Assembly (NCBI GenBank): GCA_965237905.1 | Contig: OZ250172.1 | Location: forward strand, 704,001 to 768,000 | Length of the DNA: 64,000 nt | Source of the DNA: Nitrospinaceae bacterium | GTDB taxonomy: Bacteria; Nitrospinota; Nitrospinia; Nitrospinales; Nitrospinaceae | Reading direction: 5' to 3' | Shown here: positions 10,103 through 18,527 of the stretch, piece by piece | How the letters are laid out: each line of letters starts with the position of its first letter | Position numbering within the stretch: the stretch's first letter is position 1 | The notes under the pieces: generated by a model | The model's database searches: none | Seen by the model: the letters and a program-made list of their open reading frames with translations, nothing else | What the model was told of the DNA's origin: nothing | Translations under genes and position numbers: made by a program

Positions 10103-11689
10103 TTACCGGGCCATCTGGACGTAACGCGCTTCCCGGACCACCGTTATTTTGATCTCACCGGGATAGGTGACTTCTTTTTCTATCCGCTTGGCCACATCCC
10201 TGGAAAGCAGATTGGCCTCGCTATCGGAGATATTCTCAGGAACAACAATGATGCGGACCTCTCTGCCCGCCTGAATGGCGTAGGTTTTTTCGACTCCCTT
10301 GAAGGAGTCGCCGATTTCTTCCAACTGACCCATTCGCTTCACATAGGTTTCCAGCATTTCCCGTCGTGCTCCGGGTCGGGAAGCGGAAATGGTATCCCCG
10401 GCGGCAGTCAACACTGCGTACAGGGATTCCGGCTCCACGTCTTCGTGATGAGACGCGATGGAGTTGACTACATATTTGTGCTCGTTATATTTATTGGCTA
10501 TTTCCACGCCCAGTTGCGTATGGGTGCCATCGGTGTAGCGGTCGATGGCCTTGCCGATGTCGTGGAGCAGGCCGGAGCGCTTGGCGAGTTGGACATCCAA
10601 ACCTAACTCTGCAGCCATGGCGCCGCACACCCAGGCCACTTCCTTGACGTGTTCGAGAACGTTTTGCGTATAACTGGTCCGGTACTTGAGCCGTCCGAGC
10701 AGTTTTACCATTTCCGGATGCAGGTAGTCGATGCCGACGTCCATGACCGCCTGTTCGCCGGCTTCCTGGATGCCCTGAGTGATTTCCTTTTTACATTTTG
10801 CAACAACTTCCTCGATGCGTCCGGGATGAATGCGTCCGTCGAGGGTTAACTTTTCCAAAGCACGTTTGGCGATTTCCCGGCGAATGGGATCGAACCCAGA
10901 AAGCACCACGGCACCGGGGGTGTCGTCGATAATCAGGTCGATACCGGTTGCCTGCTCCAGAGCCCGGATGTTTCTTCCTTCCCGTCCGATAATCCGGCCT
11001 TTGATCTCATCGTTGGGCAGTTCCACCACAGACACGGAGGATTCAGCGACATGGTCCGACGCCAGCCGTTGCACAGCCTGGGAAATAATTTTGCGTGCCT
11101 CGTCGTCTGCATTATTTTTGGCGTTCTCTTCGATCTTCTTGACTTCCTTGGCCACTTCCAACCGCGCGGTTTGAATCACCTTGTTTTTAATCGCTTCCTT
11201 GGCCTCTTCCGCTGAATAGGAGCCGATTTCCTCCAGCCGTTTGATCTCCTCGGCAATCAATTGATCGTATTCTTGTTGGTTTTTTCCCAGCTTTTGCTGT
11301 TTTTCATTCAACTCCTGTTGTCTGCGCTCGAAGTTTCTTTCTGCTTCCCGGTTTTTATCGACCAGAGTGTTCAGTTCGTTTTCTTTTTCGCGGCTTTCCT
11401 TTTCTTTATCGCGCAGTTCGGCCTGTTTGCTTTCCAAATCCATTTTGGCTTCACTGATCAGGGCGAGCTTTTCCTCCTTGGCCTCGATTTGGGCTTCCTT
11501 CTTGAGGGTTTCCGCCTCGCGCTCCGATTCCTTGATGATTTTCTCGCCTAGCGCTTCGGCTTCCTTGATCTGGAAATCGGTAAAAATTTTGCGGAGAAAG
11601 TATCCCAGCAGATACCCGGCTACCAAAGCCAGGATAATCCCGATAATCAAAGTTATTAAATTAACCTGAACATTCTGAAAGGCTTCCAT
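10103..11689 (-). CDS. rny: Ribonuclease Y
   Basis: N-terminal TM helix, coiled coil, KH domain (KGRIIGREGRNIR), HD domain (LLHDIGK). Confidence 0.98.
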   Translation of the reverse strand: MEAFQNVQVNLITLIIGIILALVAGYLLGYFLRKIFTDFQIKEAEALGEKIIKESEREAETLKKEAQIEAKEEKLALISEAKMDLESKQAELRDKEKESREKENELNTLVDKNREAERNFERRQQELNEKQQKLGKNQQEYDQLIAEEIKRLEEIGSYSAEEAKEAIKNKVIQTARLEVAKEVKKIEENAKNNADDEARKIISQAVQRLASDHVAESSVSVVELPNDEIKGRIIGREGRNIRALEQATGIDLIIDDTPGAVVLSGFDPIRREIAKRALEKLTLDGRIHPGRIEEVVAKCKKEITQGIQEAGEQAVMDVGIDYLHPEMVKLLGRLKYRTSYTQNVLEHVKEVAWVCGAMAAELGLDVQLAKRSGLLHDIGKAIDRYTDGTHTQLGVEIANKYNEHKYVVNSIASHHEDVEPESLYAVLTAAGDTISASRPGARREMLETYVKRMGQLEEIGDSFKGVEKTYAIQAGREVRIIVVPENISDSEANLLSRDVAKRIEKEVTYPGEIKITVVREARYVQMAR

Positions 11690-11707
11690 TTTAAAGTCCT
11701 CTTTTTG

Positions 11708-12334
11708 CTATGGTAAAAATGAACTCTCCGCTCCCTGGATGCCGGAACAGTTCATCGTGCTTTTCTCGGTAATGATGGCGTCGACCTGGATATCATTCTC
11801 GTCTTGAGGAACGGTATCCAAAACCTGAAACTCAAACGCCAAAGCAATCCGGGGTACCTGCGAACCCAAACGGCTTAACAGCCGGTCGTAATACCCCTTG
11901 CCGTATCCGATACGGCCTCCCCGTCGGTCAAACGCCAGACCGGGAGCGACCACCAGATCTATCTGATCCGGCGGCACAAAATTCAAATCTTCTTCTGCCG
12001 GTTCGCGAACCCCGAAGGCCCCCAACCGGAAACTGATATCGGGGCCGGGCAACTCTGAAATACGGAGTTCATCACTGTCCCGATCCACTACCGGAACACA
12101 AACCCGCTTTCCCAGTTCAAACGCCCGGCCCAACAAATTATCGGTGCCGACTTCCCCATCCTTGGAAAGGTAAATCAAAATCTTATCCGCTTTTTGAAAC
12201 TCCTTGTGGCTCAACAGAGTTCTGATAATGTTGCGGCTTTGCGCGGCGCGTATCTTCGGGTCTTGGGACTTGCGCTTCTCTAGAATTTCTTTTCGAATCG
12301 TTGCTTTCTGCTGAAAAAGCGCTTCTGTTGCCAC
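11708..12334 (-). CDS. 5-formyltetrahydrofolate cyclo-ligase
   Basis: VAPGLAFDRRGGRIGYGKGYYDR; typical position downstream of 6S RNA. Confidence 0.95.
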   Translation of the reverse strand: MATEALFQQKATIRKEILEKRKSQDPKIRAAQSRNIIRTLLSHKEFQKADKILIYLSKDGEVGTDNLLGRAFELGKRVCVPVVDRDSDELRISELPGPDISFRLGAFGVREPAEEDLNFVPPDQIDLVVAPGLAFDRRGGRIGYGKGYYDRLLSRLGSQVPRIALAFEFQVLDTVPQDENDIQVDAIITEKSTMNCSGIQGAESSFLP

Positions 12335-12479
12335 ACCCGGTTTCCCAATCCCATCCTGCCAAAACCCGGCAGGGGTTTTTTAGCACTCAAAATTAACGCA
12401 CATGCGCTCGGGGAAAGTTCCGGCCACACCGGACTTGTCCCTTAAAAAAATAAACCGATCTTTTGTTTCCTGGACGGTT

Positions 12480-12662
12480 CTATTTCTGAACGGAATTGGA
12501 GGACAACAAGGAAAGATATGGGTTTTGACCACTGGTCGACCCGGCGGGAGAAGGTCGAAACTCGAAATATTCCAGAAGACACCAAGTGTCTATATCTATT
12601 AAAAACGTATCCTTGACGCGTGATCCGTTCATTATTGCCATCATCCAATCGGGGTAGCCCAT
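12480..12662 (-). CDS. Putative 60-aa small protein (MGYPDWMMAIMNG...)
   Basis: ATG preceded by GGGAG; lies between 6S RNA and the cyclo-ligase gene; no recognised family. Confidence 0.35.
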   Translation of the reverse strand: MGYPDWMMAIMNGSRVKDTFLIDIDTWCLLEYFEFRPSPAGSTSGQNPYLSLLSSNSVQK

Positions 12663-12711
12663 TCCAACTCCCTGCTGTCCCGGCTCTTGAAACAATTTGT
12701 TATAAAAAAAA

Positions 12712-12890
12712 GTACTTCCCCGCGAATGCCGTGCAAAAATCATTTCTTGAACCTGCCAAGGACAGGTGGGATCTCCGTATACTGTTTTAGGCTTCCTCCG
12801 AGGAGGCATGCTCACCACAGCTAGTTTCGACCCCTTGTTCTAATGTTGGCTCAAGAATGGATCTTCTACTCGAGCACCACAGGGAAGCAC
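12712..12890 (-). ncRNA. ssrS: 6S RNA
   Basis: 179 nt with complementary ends (GUGCUUCCCUGUGGUGC...GCAUUCGCGGGGAAGUAC; UUCUUGAGCC/GGUUCAAGAA), followed by a U run. Classic zapA-6S-cyclo-ligase synteny. Confidence 0.9.
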
Positions 12891-12950
12891 AATATCCCTT
12901 CTACTACTGCTTATCCTATCACAATTTCCGAAGCCCCCTCAAGGGATAAC

Positions 12951-13283
12951 TCACCTGGCAGCACCCCGGGAGGACTTGATCTGGCTCAATTCTTTTTCGA
13001 CCATTTGCACCAGATGGCGGGCTTTTTGATCCTCTTCCTTCTGGCCCGATTTTTTCTGCGTCACGGCCTGTTTAGCCGTCTCTTTGACTTCGAATAATTC
13101 TCCGGCGATGTTCAGAGCGGTCAAAATGGCCAGGTCGATCGTCGACGGTTTCGTTTTACTGCCCGACAATGCGTGCATCTTTTCATTCACGTAATCCGCC
13201 AGATCCTGTGGATTGACCCCGGACAAATCCGTTTTGATGTTATAGGTTTTCCCGTAAATGGTGATCTGGCTTTTGTCAGTCAT
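12951..13283 (-). CDS. zapA: Cell division protein ZapA
   Basis: ITIYGKTYNI...LADYVNEKM...LAILTALNIA; pheT-zapB-zapA-6S synteny. Confidence 0.9.
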   Translation of the reverse strand: MTDKSQITIYGKTYNIKTDLSGVNPQDLADYVNEKMHALSGSKTKPSTIDLAILTALNIAGELFEVKETAKQAVTQKKSGQKEEDQKARHLVQMVEKELSQIKSSRGAAR

Positions 13284-13288
13284 AATTT

Positions 13289-13570
13289 TTAATGCGTGTT
13301 ACCGATTTTTTCGATTCCCGCCAAAAGGTTCTTCACGGTGGACCGGATTTTAGTCTGGTTCTTCTCCAGCTGCTTCTGCACATTTTCCAAATCGCCTAAC
13401 CGTTTGATTTTGCCCTGAAGTTTTACCCCGTCTTTCTGAGCACGTTCCAAATCCGAGCTAAACGCTTTAAGTTCCTTCTGCAAACGCTGATTATCCTCAC
13501 GCAGTTGCCGGGCTTCCTCGACGAGTTTGGGGATCAATTCTTCCAATTTGTCTATGGGATTCTTGGGCAT
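13289..13570 (-). CDS. zapB: ZapB-like coiled-coil protein
   Basis: 93-aa continuous coiled coil immediately upstream of zapA. Confidence 0.65.
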   Translation of the reverse strand: MPKNPIDKLEELIPKLVEEARQLREDNQRLQKELKAFSSDLERAQKDGVKLQGKIKRLGDLENVQKQLEKNQTKIRSTVKNLLAGIEKIGNTH

Positions 13571-13636
13571 GGGCGAATCCTACCACCGCCGCCGTGAGGT
13601 GTCAATCCACGTTAATCGTCGGGAAAGAACGCGAAA

Positions 13637-15730
13637 TTACTCGCGGAGGGCCGCTCCCAACTGTTCTGAAAGGCTTCCCACGATTTTCTCGAAAATGGGG
13701 TTCACTTCCTCGTCGGTCAGGGTTTTTTCGGAAGACTGAAAAGACAGAGCAAAGGTCAGGCTTTTCTTGCCGGGAGGCAGTCTTTTGCCCTGGTACTGGT
13801 CGTACAATTCCACCCGACGGATCAAGGGACCGCTCGTCTGGCGGATCAGGTCCGAAATAGTCTGGGCTTCGACGGTCTGGTCCACCAATAGTGAAATATC
13901 CCGGTACGTCTCGGGATATTTGGGAATCGATTGAAAACGGGTCCGGTCCGGAATCGCCGCCGCTAATTCTTCCATATTCAACTCGAAGACATAGATGTTG
14001 GGACTCAACTCCCAACGGCTGGCCAGGGCCGGGTCCAGCCGGCCAAGATAAGCGATGCACCGGTCCCCTGCAAAACCATCCGCCGATTGTCCGGAATCCA
14101 GAAAACTCCGCTGGGAAGGCCGGTACTCCAATGCCACCTGAAAATGGTCGGCCAGAGTCTCCAACGCGCCTTTCAAATCGTAAAAGTCGAACGGCTTGCC
14201 GCTGTCCTTCCACACGCTGTTGGGATAAGGCCCGGTCGCCAGCGCGGCGAGGCAGGCAATTTCATGGGATCGCTTACCCTTCTTACTGAAAAAGATATGG
14301 CCCTGCTCGAACAATTGCAGGTTCTTCTGTCCCCGGTTGATGTTGCGTGCGGCGGATTTGATCAAACCTGGCAAAAGGCTGGGACGCATGGTATCCATGT
14401 CGGCACTGATCGGGTTGTCCAGCCGGACCACTGCCGGCTGTTGATCGCCAAACGTATCCAAAAACCGCTGAGCCCAGTCACCCTCGATAAAGCTGTAGTT
14501 GATCGCTTCCGAATAACCGAGGTTGCGCAGGACCTCCTTACTCTGCCGGACGGCGGTTTGAATTTTGGGAAACCGGACCGGGCTCACCGAAGCCACCGGA
14601 TGGGAAACCTCCACCCCGTCATACCCGTCGAGGCGGGCCACCTCTTCGATCAAATCAATCTCGCGTGTCAGCATAGGGCGGGACGACGGCGCCTCAACTT
14701 GGTAACACTCCCCGGCCTTTCTTTCCTTCACGATTGTAATACCCAAGCCTTTCAGGTATTTCAAAATCTTTTGGGCGCCCAGCCGGGTGCCCAGTACCTG
14801 GTTGGTGCGAGAAATCCGAAAATCGAACCGATTGGGTTTGCGGGAGCGAAAATAAATATCGATCCGGCCCTTGCAGATGTCTCCGCCCGCTAACTCCTGG
14901 ATCAACAACGCCGCCCGGCTGGATGCGGTTACTACCGCCCTAATATCGACACCCCGCTCGAAACGGTAAGACGAGTCGGAGCGCAGGCCGTATTTTTTCG
15001 ACGCCTTGCGCACCACCACCGGATCAAAACTGGCGCTCTCCAGAACCACCGTTCGTGTAGACTCATCCACCTGACTGTTGGTACCGCCCATGATCCCCGC
15101 CAGCGCTACCGGCTTTTCGGCATCGGCAATCACCAGCGCATCGGTGCCCAGTTTCAACTCAGTGCCGTCCAACGCGGTGAACGGCTCTCCCTTGCGGGCG
15201 CGGCGGATGACAATCTTCTCTCCCGCCAATAACGCCATGTCAAACGCGTGCAGGGGTTGCCCGTACTCCATCATGACGAAATTGGTGATATCGACAATAT
15301 TGTTGATGGGACGCAGGCCCACCGCCTTCAACCGGTCCGCCAGCCATTGGGGAGATGGACCGGGCTTTACGTTCTCGATGACCATTGCGGTATAACGCGG
15401 ACATAACTCCGGCTCTTCGTTGACCACGGTGATTTTTTTCTTCACGGGGACCGATCCCATGGCTTTCGTTAATTTCTTGTCCGGAGCGGGCAGTTTGCAG
15501 GCTTTATGAATCATCGCCCCCACTTCGCGGGCCACGCCGATATGGCTCAGGCAATAGCCGCGATTGGGCGTCACGTTCAACTCGACCACCCCGGTGGTGC
15601 GGCCGCCGCCCAGATCGACCGACTCCAGGCCTTCGATTTCCAAGCCGCCCATGGTCAGCAGGTCACTCAACTTCTGTACGGATAGACCGTGATCGATGTA
15701 GGTTTTCAGCCAGTCGAGTTGAATCTTCAT
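13637..15730 (-). CDS. pheT: Phenylalanine--tRNA ligase beta subunit (short form lacking the B2 OB domain)
   Basis: MKIQLDWLK start, TPNRGYCLS, NNIVDITN, RFERGVD, DLIEEVARLDGY, C-terminal FDX-ACB domain; start at ATG 15730. Confidence 0.96.
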   Translation of the reverse strand: MKIQLDWLKTYIDHGLSVQKLSDLLTMGGLEIEGLESVDLGGGRTTGVVELNVTPNRGYCLSHIGVAREVGAMIHKACKLPAPDKKLTKAMGSVPVKKKITVVNEEPELCPRYTAMVIENVKPGPSPQWLADRLKAVGLRPINNIVDITNFVMMEYGQPLHAFDMALLAGEKIVIRRARKGEPFTALDGTELKLGTDALVIADAEKPVALAGIMGGTNSQVDESTRTVVLESASFDPVVVRKASKKYGLRSDSSYRFERGVDIRAVVTASSRAALLIQELAGGDICKGRIDIYFRSRKPNRFDFRISRTNQVLGTRLGAQKILKYLKGLGITIVKERKAGECYQVEAPSSRPMLTREIDLIEEVARLDGYDGVEVSHPVASVSPVRFPKIQTAVRQSKEVLRNLGYSEAINYSFIEGDWAQRFLDTFGDQQPAVVRLDNPISADMDTMRPSLLPGLIKSAARNINRGQKNLQLFEQGHIFFSKKGKRSHEIACLAALATGPYPNSVWKDSGKPFDFYDLKGALETLADHFQVALEYRPSQRSFLDSGQSADGFAGDRCIAYLGRLDPALASRWELSPNIYVFELNMEELAAAIPDRTRFQSIPKYPETYRDISLLVDQTVEAQTISDLIRQTSGPLIRRVELYDQYQGKRLPPGKKSLTFALSFQSSEKTLTDEEVNPIFEKIVGSLSEQLGAALRE

Positions 15731-15889
15731 TTCATTCCTTTGAAAAATACCTTGTATAATAGGAACAGGATTATAGGTGAACTTCCGGCAAAAATCAAAA
15801 CAGCATCCGGCATCCCAAATCCCTCCTTTGACGGCTCCAGCCAGCATGATATATAAATGAAACCCTGTTAAAGGCCTCTCGGCAAATTT

Positions 15890-18010
15890 ATGGATCTTTC
15901 TGAAACCAAAATATTAAAACTTCTGCGCGCGAAAACCAACCGGCCTATGAAGTTTGCGGAACTCATGAGCCTCTTGAGCATTCCCGAAAACCAGCGGCGG
16001 GAGTTCCGCGCCCAGCTCAAGGAGATGGCCTCCGAGGGCTCGGTGGTCAAACTGCGCGGCGGGCGTTACGGCCTGCCGGATGAGATGAACCTGATCCCCG
16101 GTGTTTTGTCGGGCCACCCGGATGGCTATGGCTTTGTCATCAGGGAGGACGATTCGGAGGACATTTACATCGGCCGGCATAAACTGGGCGGCGCCATGCA
16201 CAACGATCATGTATTAGTGCGCATTGAATCGCACGCGCAACGCTTTGGACGGCAGGAGGGGCGGATCGTCCGCATCCTGGAACGCCGCACCCCCACGCTG
16301 GTCGGCCTGTTCGAAGCCTTGAACCGCGACGGCTGGGTGATCCCCTCCGAGCATAAATATTTTCAGGATATATTCGTACCCGGCAAGGAAAAGAAAGGCG
16401 CGAAGCCGGGTCAGTTGGTCTCGGTGGAAATCATCACTTATCCCACACGGAATCACCCGCCCGTAGGGCGCGTCATCAAAGTGCTGGGCGATGCCAACGA
16501 CCCGCAAGTGGAACTGCGCTCCATCATTCACAAGTTCGGCGTGCGCCAGGATTTTTCTCCCAAGGTCCAAAAACAGGTACAAAAAATTAATGGAACCGTA
16601 AGCGACCGGGAAAAGAAACAGAGGCGTGACCTCACTGGCGACATGATTTTCACCATCGACGGCGAAAGCGCCAAGGATTTCGACGACGCCGTCTCGCTCG
16701 AAACTACCGGGAACGGTTACGTTTTGGGAGTCCATATCGCCGACGTCAGTCATTACGTGACGGAAAACAGCCCTCTCGACAAAGAAGCGCTGGAACGCGG
16801 CACCAGTATCTATTATGCGGATGGAGTGATCCCGATGCTGCCGTTCGCATTGTCCAATGAGATGTGCAGTCTCAAGCCGCGACAGGAACGCCTGACCCTG
16901 AGTGCGTCAATCACCTTCGACAAACAGGGCACCGTTCTGGATTACGAGATTTTCGACTCCGTGATCAAAAGTAAGTTCCGTTTCACCTACAACCAGGTGG
17001 CGGAAATGCTGAAATCCAAATCCGTCGAAAAAAAATACACGGATGCCCTGCCGGTACTACAGAACATGTTCGAACTCAGCCAGATGTTGCGCAAGCGCCG
17101 GTTTCAGGAGGGCAGCGTCGATTTCAACATCCCGGAGCCGGTCATTGTGATGAACGCCAAAGGCCATGTTGAAAATATCGTGAAGGCGGAACACAACGTG
17201 GCGCATGAGCTGATCGAAGAATTCATGCTGGCCGCCAACCGGGTGGTGGCCGAACATCTCGATAAAAAAAACCTGCCGGGAATTCACCGCATCCACGAAC
17301 CGCCCGATCAGGACAAACTGCACCGGTTCCAGGAATTCATCAAGGATATCGGGTTTCGGCTGCCGAACCTTCACAACGTGCAGTCAAGCCACCTGCAAAA
17401 CCTGCTGACGCGAGCGCGCGGACATGCCCAGGAGCGAACTCTCAACATGCTGCTGTTGCGTTCTTTGAAAAAGGCGGTGTACTCGGAAAAGGATCCGGGG
17501 CATTTCTGTCTCGGGTTCGAGCACTACACGCATTTCACCTCGCCCATCCGCCGCTACCCGGATCTGGCGACGCACCGGATGATCAAAGCCTTTCTCTCCA
17601 AAAAGAAAGCAACCCAACAGGATCGGAAAAAACTTCTGCCGCAAAGTCGATCGCAGGCCGAGCAATCCAGCATGAGGGAGATCAAGGCAGTGGAGGTGGA
17701 ACGGGAAGTTGCCAACCTCCGGCGAGCGCAGTTCATGGCCGACAAGGTGGGAAAAGAATATTCCGGACACGTCTCATCAGTCACTGGCTTCGGGTTGTTT
17801 GTGGAACTGGATGACGTGTTCGTGGAGGGGTTGATTCACATTTCCAGTTTGGGGGACGATTATTACGTGTACTACGAACACGAGCACATGCTGAAAGGCC
17901 AGCACAAGTATAAGACCTACCGGATCGGCGACGCCTTGAAGGTGCGCGTCACCCGCGTCGACATCTCCAAAAAACAGATCGACCTCTCCCCCGTATTTAA
18001 AAAACGATAG
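15890..18010 (+). CDS. rnr: Ribonuclease R
   Basis: N-terminal HTH, CSDs, RNB domain (TIDGESAKDFDDA, HFTSPIRRYPDL), C-terminal S1. Confidence 0.97.
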   Translation: MDLSETKILKLLRAKTNRPMKFAELMSLLSIPENQRREFRAQLKEMASEGSVVKLRGGRYGLPDEMNLIPGVLSGHPDGYGFVIREDDSEDIYIGRHKLGGAMHNDHVLVRIESHAQRFGRQEGRIVRILERRTPTLVGLFEALNRDGWVIPSEHKYFQDIFVPGKEKKGAKPGQLVSVEIITYPTRNHPPVGRVIKVLGDANDPQVELRSIIHKFGVRQDFSPKVQKQVQKINGTVSDREKKQRRDLTGDMIFTIDGESAKDFDDAVSLETTGNGYVLGVHIADVSHYVTENSPLDKEALERGTSIYYADGVIPMLPFALSNEMCSLKPRQERLTLSASITFDKQGTVLDYEIFDSVIKSKFRFTYNQVAEMLKSKSVEKKYTDALPVLQNMFELSQMLRKRRFQEGSVDFNIPEPVIVMNAKGHVENIVKAEHNVAHELIEEFMLAANRVVAEHLDKKNLPGIHRIHEPPDQDKLHRFQEFIKDIGFRLPNLHNVQSSHLQNLLTRARGHAQERTLNMLLLRSLKKAVYSEKDPGHFCLGFEHYTHFTSPIRRYPDLATHRMIKAFLSKKKATQQDRKKLLPQSRSQAEQSSMREIKAVEVEREVANLRRAQFMADKVGKEYSGHVSSVTGFGLFVELDDVFVEGLIHISSLGDDYYVYYEHEHMLKGQHKYKTYRIGDALKVRVTRVDISKKQIDLSPVFKKR
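17911..18010 (+). repeat. Direct repeat copy A: last 100 nt of rnr
   Basis: About 82/100 identical (hand alignment) to 18332-18430. Confidence 0.95.
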
Positions 18011-18019
18011 GCCGTCTCA

Positions 18020-18313
18020 TCAGGTTTTCTCGGGTTCCGTCACATACCGGCGCCATTCCTCATCGTCATCAATAGCCTGCCAGGGCCCTCTGGGAGGATG
18101 AACATACCGGCGGCTACATTTTTTACACCGCGCGTACTGTGTGACATAACCCATAACGTTGGGAGGGGGTTTGTGGAGACCAACTACCTCAAGATGGTGT
18201 TTGCCGCAATTGGGGCAGCGCCGATGTTCCCACTCCGCGTGTATCAGAAGCGCCATCCAAATCAAAAAAGCGGCCGCCAGTCCAATAAGGATTACCCAAC
18301 TGAAAGTGTTCAT
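18020..18313 (-). CDS. Hypothetical membrane-anchored zinc-ribbon protein (islet cargo)
   Basis: N-terminal TM helix, CPNC...CKKC; lies between the two copies of the rnr 3' end. Confidence 0.7.
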   Translation of the reverse strand: MNTFSWVILIGLAAAFLIWMALLIHAEWEHRRCPNCGKHHLEVVGLHKPPPNVMGYVTQYARCKKCSRRYVHPPRGPWQAIDDDEEWRRYVTEPEKT

Positions 18314-18331
18314 TGTCTAAAGATAACACAT

Positions 18332-18430
18332 TAGGACCTACCGGATCGGCAACGCTCTCTGAGCACGAGTCACCCGCGTCGACATCTCCAAAAAACAAAT
18401 CGACCTAGCCCCTTATTTAAAAAGCGATAA
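18332..18430 (+). pseudogene. Displaced, decayed duplicate of the rnr 3' end (direct repeat copy B)
   Basis: Translates TYRIGNAL*ARVTRVDISKKQIDL..., with an in-frame TGA and a 1-nt deletion relative to rnr. Confidence 0.9.
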
Positions 18431-18527
18431 TCCTCGCCATCATTTTTCTTTCAGAATTTTTTCCGCATCACGTTTCAAATTGAGTTACACTCCGGCACAG
18501 CTTTCCCCATTCGGATATTTCTACTCA

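Noticed and set aside
12663..12818. 5' part of the 112-aa ORF 12480-12818
   Set aside because: Overlaps the 6S RNA; only the portion from ATG 12662 was kept as a candidate.
18314..18331. Integron cassette boundary (TTAGAC just before the ATG; TTAGGC before ORF 54461)
   Set aside because: A 6-nt TTRRRY match is weak; I found no RYYYAAC-GTTRRRY attC fold and no integron integrase.
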